Of a stretch of 64,000 nucleotides of DNA, positions 62,765 through 64,000 are shown piece after piece. The number at the start of each line of letters is the position of its first letter. Positions within the stretch are counted from its first letter, which is position 1. The notes beneath the pieces were generated by a model, which had not been told where the DNA came from, made no database searches, and saw nothing but the letters and a program-made list of their open reading frames with translations. Both the position numbers and the translations under genes were made by a program. Source of the DNA: Eledone cirrhosa (lineage: Eukaryota); assembly GCA_964016885.1 (NCBI GenBank), contig OZ024764.1:620001-684000 (forward strand). Reading direction: 5' to 3'.

Positions 62765-64000
62765 CTAATTTCTATGTTGTCTAGCATGTTCGTATAGTAC
62801 TGACCCGTTTTTTCGTCCTTTTAGTTCCCCCAAGTGTTGGTCTATCCTTTCACCTATGCTACGAGCTGTCTCACCTATGTATGTTGTTGTCATGTTTCTG
62901 CAAGTACCCTCTGTACATCTTATGCTATAGACTACGTTTCTAGTTTTACAGTTTATCCGGGGGTTCACCTTACATATGATACATTTCCTATTGGTACAGT
63001 GGGTTTTCTTAAAAGGGTAGGTTTTGCTGATCAGGGATTTTATGGTGGTTCCTGGCTTTTCTACCACCTTTATTTTTAAGTGGGTCTTTCTCAGGGCCTT
63101 TCTACACTGGTTAGCTAATTTCCCTCCAGGGGTGCCGTCCACAAACATGACACTCTGATATCTCTGGTTGTCGTACCATGATGTGGCCTTCCCTATCTTA
63201 TGTCTAGCCCTATCTAAGCTATTCCATGATTTGCTCCTGTATAGTGGGCAAATTCCTTTCATGTCCAGTTCTATGAGGGTCTTATACTTTTCCATGGCTC
63301 CTTCGTATACTCTGACTCTGTCTCTTTGGTTGTAGCCAGAGAACTGCATGCGGTTGATGAAGTGTTGGATGTGTCTTTCCATTTCTGTTGGGTCGCACAT
63401 GCTGGACACATTCTTCATCACTCGTACCAAATCTGCGATCAGAATATTAAACTTAGCACTACTGGACATTGCTGAGTTTTTGAGTATCAGGTATTTGGAG
63501 GCCATAGGTTTAGCATAGTGTGAGTGGAGAATTTGGGCTCTCTCGTCTATAGTGTTAATCCAGAGTTCTGTGTCTAATACAGGTAGTCTATTGTTAGGGT
63601 GTTTGGAAGGGAAGTCGATAGTTACAGTTATACTCTGGTGTATGGAATTAGCTATCTGCTGGATGCTTTCCATCGTGCTACGTTCTAAATCAAACTTGTT
63701 AGTGCTCTCTAGTGGGGGTGTTCTTATAACTATATTGATATCGTCTACATAACGAGAGTACATGATGAGGTCTATGGAGCTTTCATTAGGGAGATCTTTA
63801 AGTCTCCTTTCCCACCTACCATGAAAAGGTTGGCAACATCACAAGCTATGCTGACGCCGATGGCTTTTCCCTCATTTTGGGTGTAGATTTTCTCATTGAA
63901 CTTGAATATGTGGCTCTTTAGGGTAGTTTTGATACTAGCCCCTATTGCATGTGCGACCATTTTTCTTACCTGATCAGTGTTTTGGGGGGTCCGTATAGCT
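62765..64000 (-). mobile_element. Non-Naiad PLE RT, thumb and GIY-YIG (continues beyond the window)
   Basis: AIGVSIA..ANLFM, YSRYVDDI, LPVLD, CxxxxCxxC linker, NVVYSIRC..TYIGETAR. Confidence 0.88.

Overview
Eukaryotic, AT-rich DNA with (TA)n/(CA)n microsatellites. The repeat content suggests an invertebrate, probably an octopus (inferred, not proven). I found no host protein-coding gene. Almost the whole 64 kb is a dense mosaic of transposon fragments: Naiad-type and other Penelope-like elements (PLEs), Helitrons, Gypsy LTR elements, piggyBac, pogo/Tigger, Tc1, mariner and RTE-type LINEs. By manual count about 40 recognisable TE coding segments lie on the minus strand and only one short piece (about 13250-13465) on the plus strand. 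The bias includes DNA transposons with genuine insertion signatures (TTAA, A|T) and one with a retained intron. This is the architecture of a uni-strand, flamenco-like piRNA cluster or transposon trap read on the + strand; small-RNA data are needed to confirm it. Other structure includes several hammerhead ribozymes in PLE termini, two fold-back palindromes at Naiad 5' ends, local re-copying of already-broken fragments, in-frame chimeric ORFs at microhomology junctions, and 31-bp and 32-bp satellites. Boundaries are approximate unless terminal motifs are quoted.
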